Origin: Vicugna vicugna
Lineage: Eukaryota
Direction of reading: 5' to 3'
Assembly: GCA_013265495.1 (NCBI GenBank)
Contig: MU058687.1
Span: forward strand, 4,772,093 to 4,836,092
Length of the DNA: 64,000 bases
Shown: one piece after another, positions 62,855 to 64,000 of the stretch
Layout: every line of letters starts with the position of its first letter
Position numbering within the stretch: the first letter of the stretch is position 1
Position numbers and translations under genes: made by a program
The notes under the pieces: generated by a model
What the model was told of the DNA's origin: nothing
Seen by the model: the letters and a program-made list of their open reading frames with translations, nothing else
The model's database searches: none

Positions 62855-64000
62855 ATTTGCTATTTAAAGGTGTTTGTATTTTCTCCCTGGTTGTCATTTT
62901 TACGACTATAGAATTTTATAAAATTTTTAGTGCTCTGTATTTTTAAAGTAGAGCTTCTCATCCACTGTACCGTAGTTCAGGGCAGTTGGAAAGCCTCTGG
63001 CCATGAATATTCTTGTCTGCTTACCTCAGTTCCTGCAAGTATATACTTTTCTCTTAGAACCATCATTTGAAAAACACTGGGAAACATCACTTTGAGGAAT
63101 ATGTATTAGGTCTGTACTAGGAGTGATGAATCATAATCTTTCTTAGTGTTTAATACAGAAAATGTGCGTGTATTTCCATTAATTGAGTTGACATCTTTCT
63201 ATGCTATGCTTTGACTCCTGGCAATCAGAGAATTTGCCCCATGTCCTATTTTCTTCCTCCTCCCAACTGGCTTAGTTGCATTGTTTCTGTATTGTCAGGG
63301 CACATTTCTGGTTCGTCACATATCCGCATTAGGTGAGATATGGTCCTTCCTCTCCAAGGACTGTAATCTGTGCTCACCTCCTGTCTCTGTCATAGCTTCT
63401 CCAGTCATGTCTTGGTTGACTGAAGTTGTTCCTGATATTTTCCTCAATATCCCCAGTGTTCTTGCGTGTTAAATACTGTTTGTCCATAGACTTTATACTT
63501 GAGTGTAATTTGGCTGGATTATGCTTTCTTTTCCTTGTGAAGATCTTTCTGAAAACTGACGAGTAAAATCCTGGTGAGTCAGAGTAGCTGTCCTTGAAGA
63601 GGCATTGTTTATGTTCAACCTTTACTAAATGATTGTTGGGAAAATCGAGGCAGAGAAAATGGTTCTGGGCAGAAGCAATAAACGTGTAAAAGAGTATGGG
63701 GCTTCTATGGAAGAGGCAGTTGCTCATTATTGCTGCAATGTAGAGGCAAAGAAGTAGAGCTGTCTAAGTTGACACTGGGGACCTAGGAGAAGCTAGATCA
63801 TAAAGGGCTTGCTATCCCAAGGAGTCTGGACTTTTTACAGCAGAATAAAGGAAATCCACTAAATGCTGTGAAGCAGGAGAGAAACATAGGGTTAGAATCG
63901 ATCATTTTAAAGGAGGGATGTAGATGAGTCAAGGAGCCTTCCCTTCCCTGCAGCCTGTGAGTCCCAGCCTGTGCTCCCATCATGCAGACCCAGAAATTCC

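Larger units (their letters stand above)
58920..63790 (-). mobile_element. Long, ancient L1M/L1ME remnant interrupted by two SINEs and simple repeats
   Basis: T-rich degraded antisense L1 motifs throughout (ttttccagatggctacccagt, ttaaggctatagattttcctctaagcactgctttt). Minus ORF 59736-59966 is weakly ORF2-like. Confidence 0.7.
14983..64000 (+). other. NRXN3: NRXN3 intron downstream of the LNS6 exon (partial, >49 kb)
   Basis: Begins gtgagt. The next LNS6 exon is not seen in the ORF track or sequence. Confidence 0.85.

Noticed and set aside
1..64000. CRISPR array, operon or other novel multi-gene system
   Set aside because: The sequence is a mammalian intron. I saw no regularly spaced repeat-spacer array, no long non-L1 ORFs and no recognisable processed pseudogene or viral gene.

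Overview
Mammalian genomic DNA from inside the very large neurexin-3 (NRXN3) gene, transcribed on the + strand. The source is most likely a camelid (camel/alpaca/llama), judged from two tRNA-Ala-derived SINEs and a young L1 3' end. The only confident coding sequence is one 182-bp internal exon (14801-14982, phase 1 to phase 0) encoding the start of the last LNS/laminin-G domain shared by alpha- and beta-neurexin-3. The rest is intron: old L1M, L2, MIR, MLT1/LTR16 solo LTRs, hAT MITEs, one younger 5'-truncated L1 with a target-site duplication, two young SINEs and several microsatellites. I found no evidence for a new multi-gene system. The most notable observations are a 46-bp inverted duplication about 2.1 kb apart with a template-switch-like junction, a closely spaced inverted SINE pair, an old 130-bp local duplication beside a perfect hairpin, two cryptic-exon candidates in phase with the NRXN3 exon, a 34-bp palindrome with T-box-like half-sites, a twin-primed L1 and a strong G-quadruplex motif. 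Repeat subfamily names and boundaries come from recalled consensus sequences, were assigned by eye, and are approximate.
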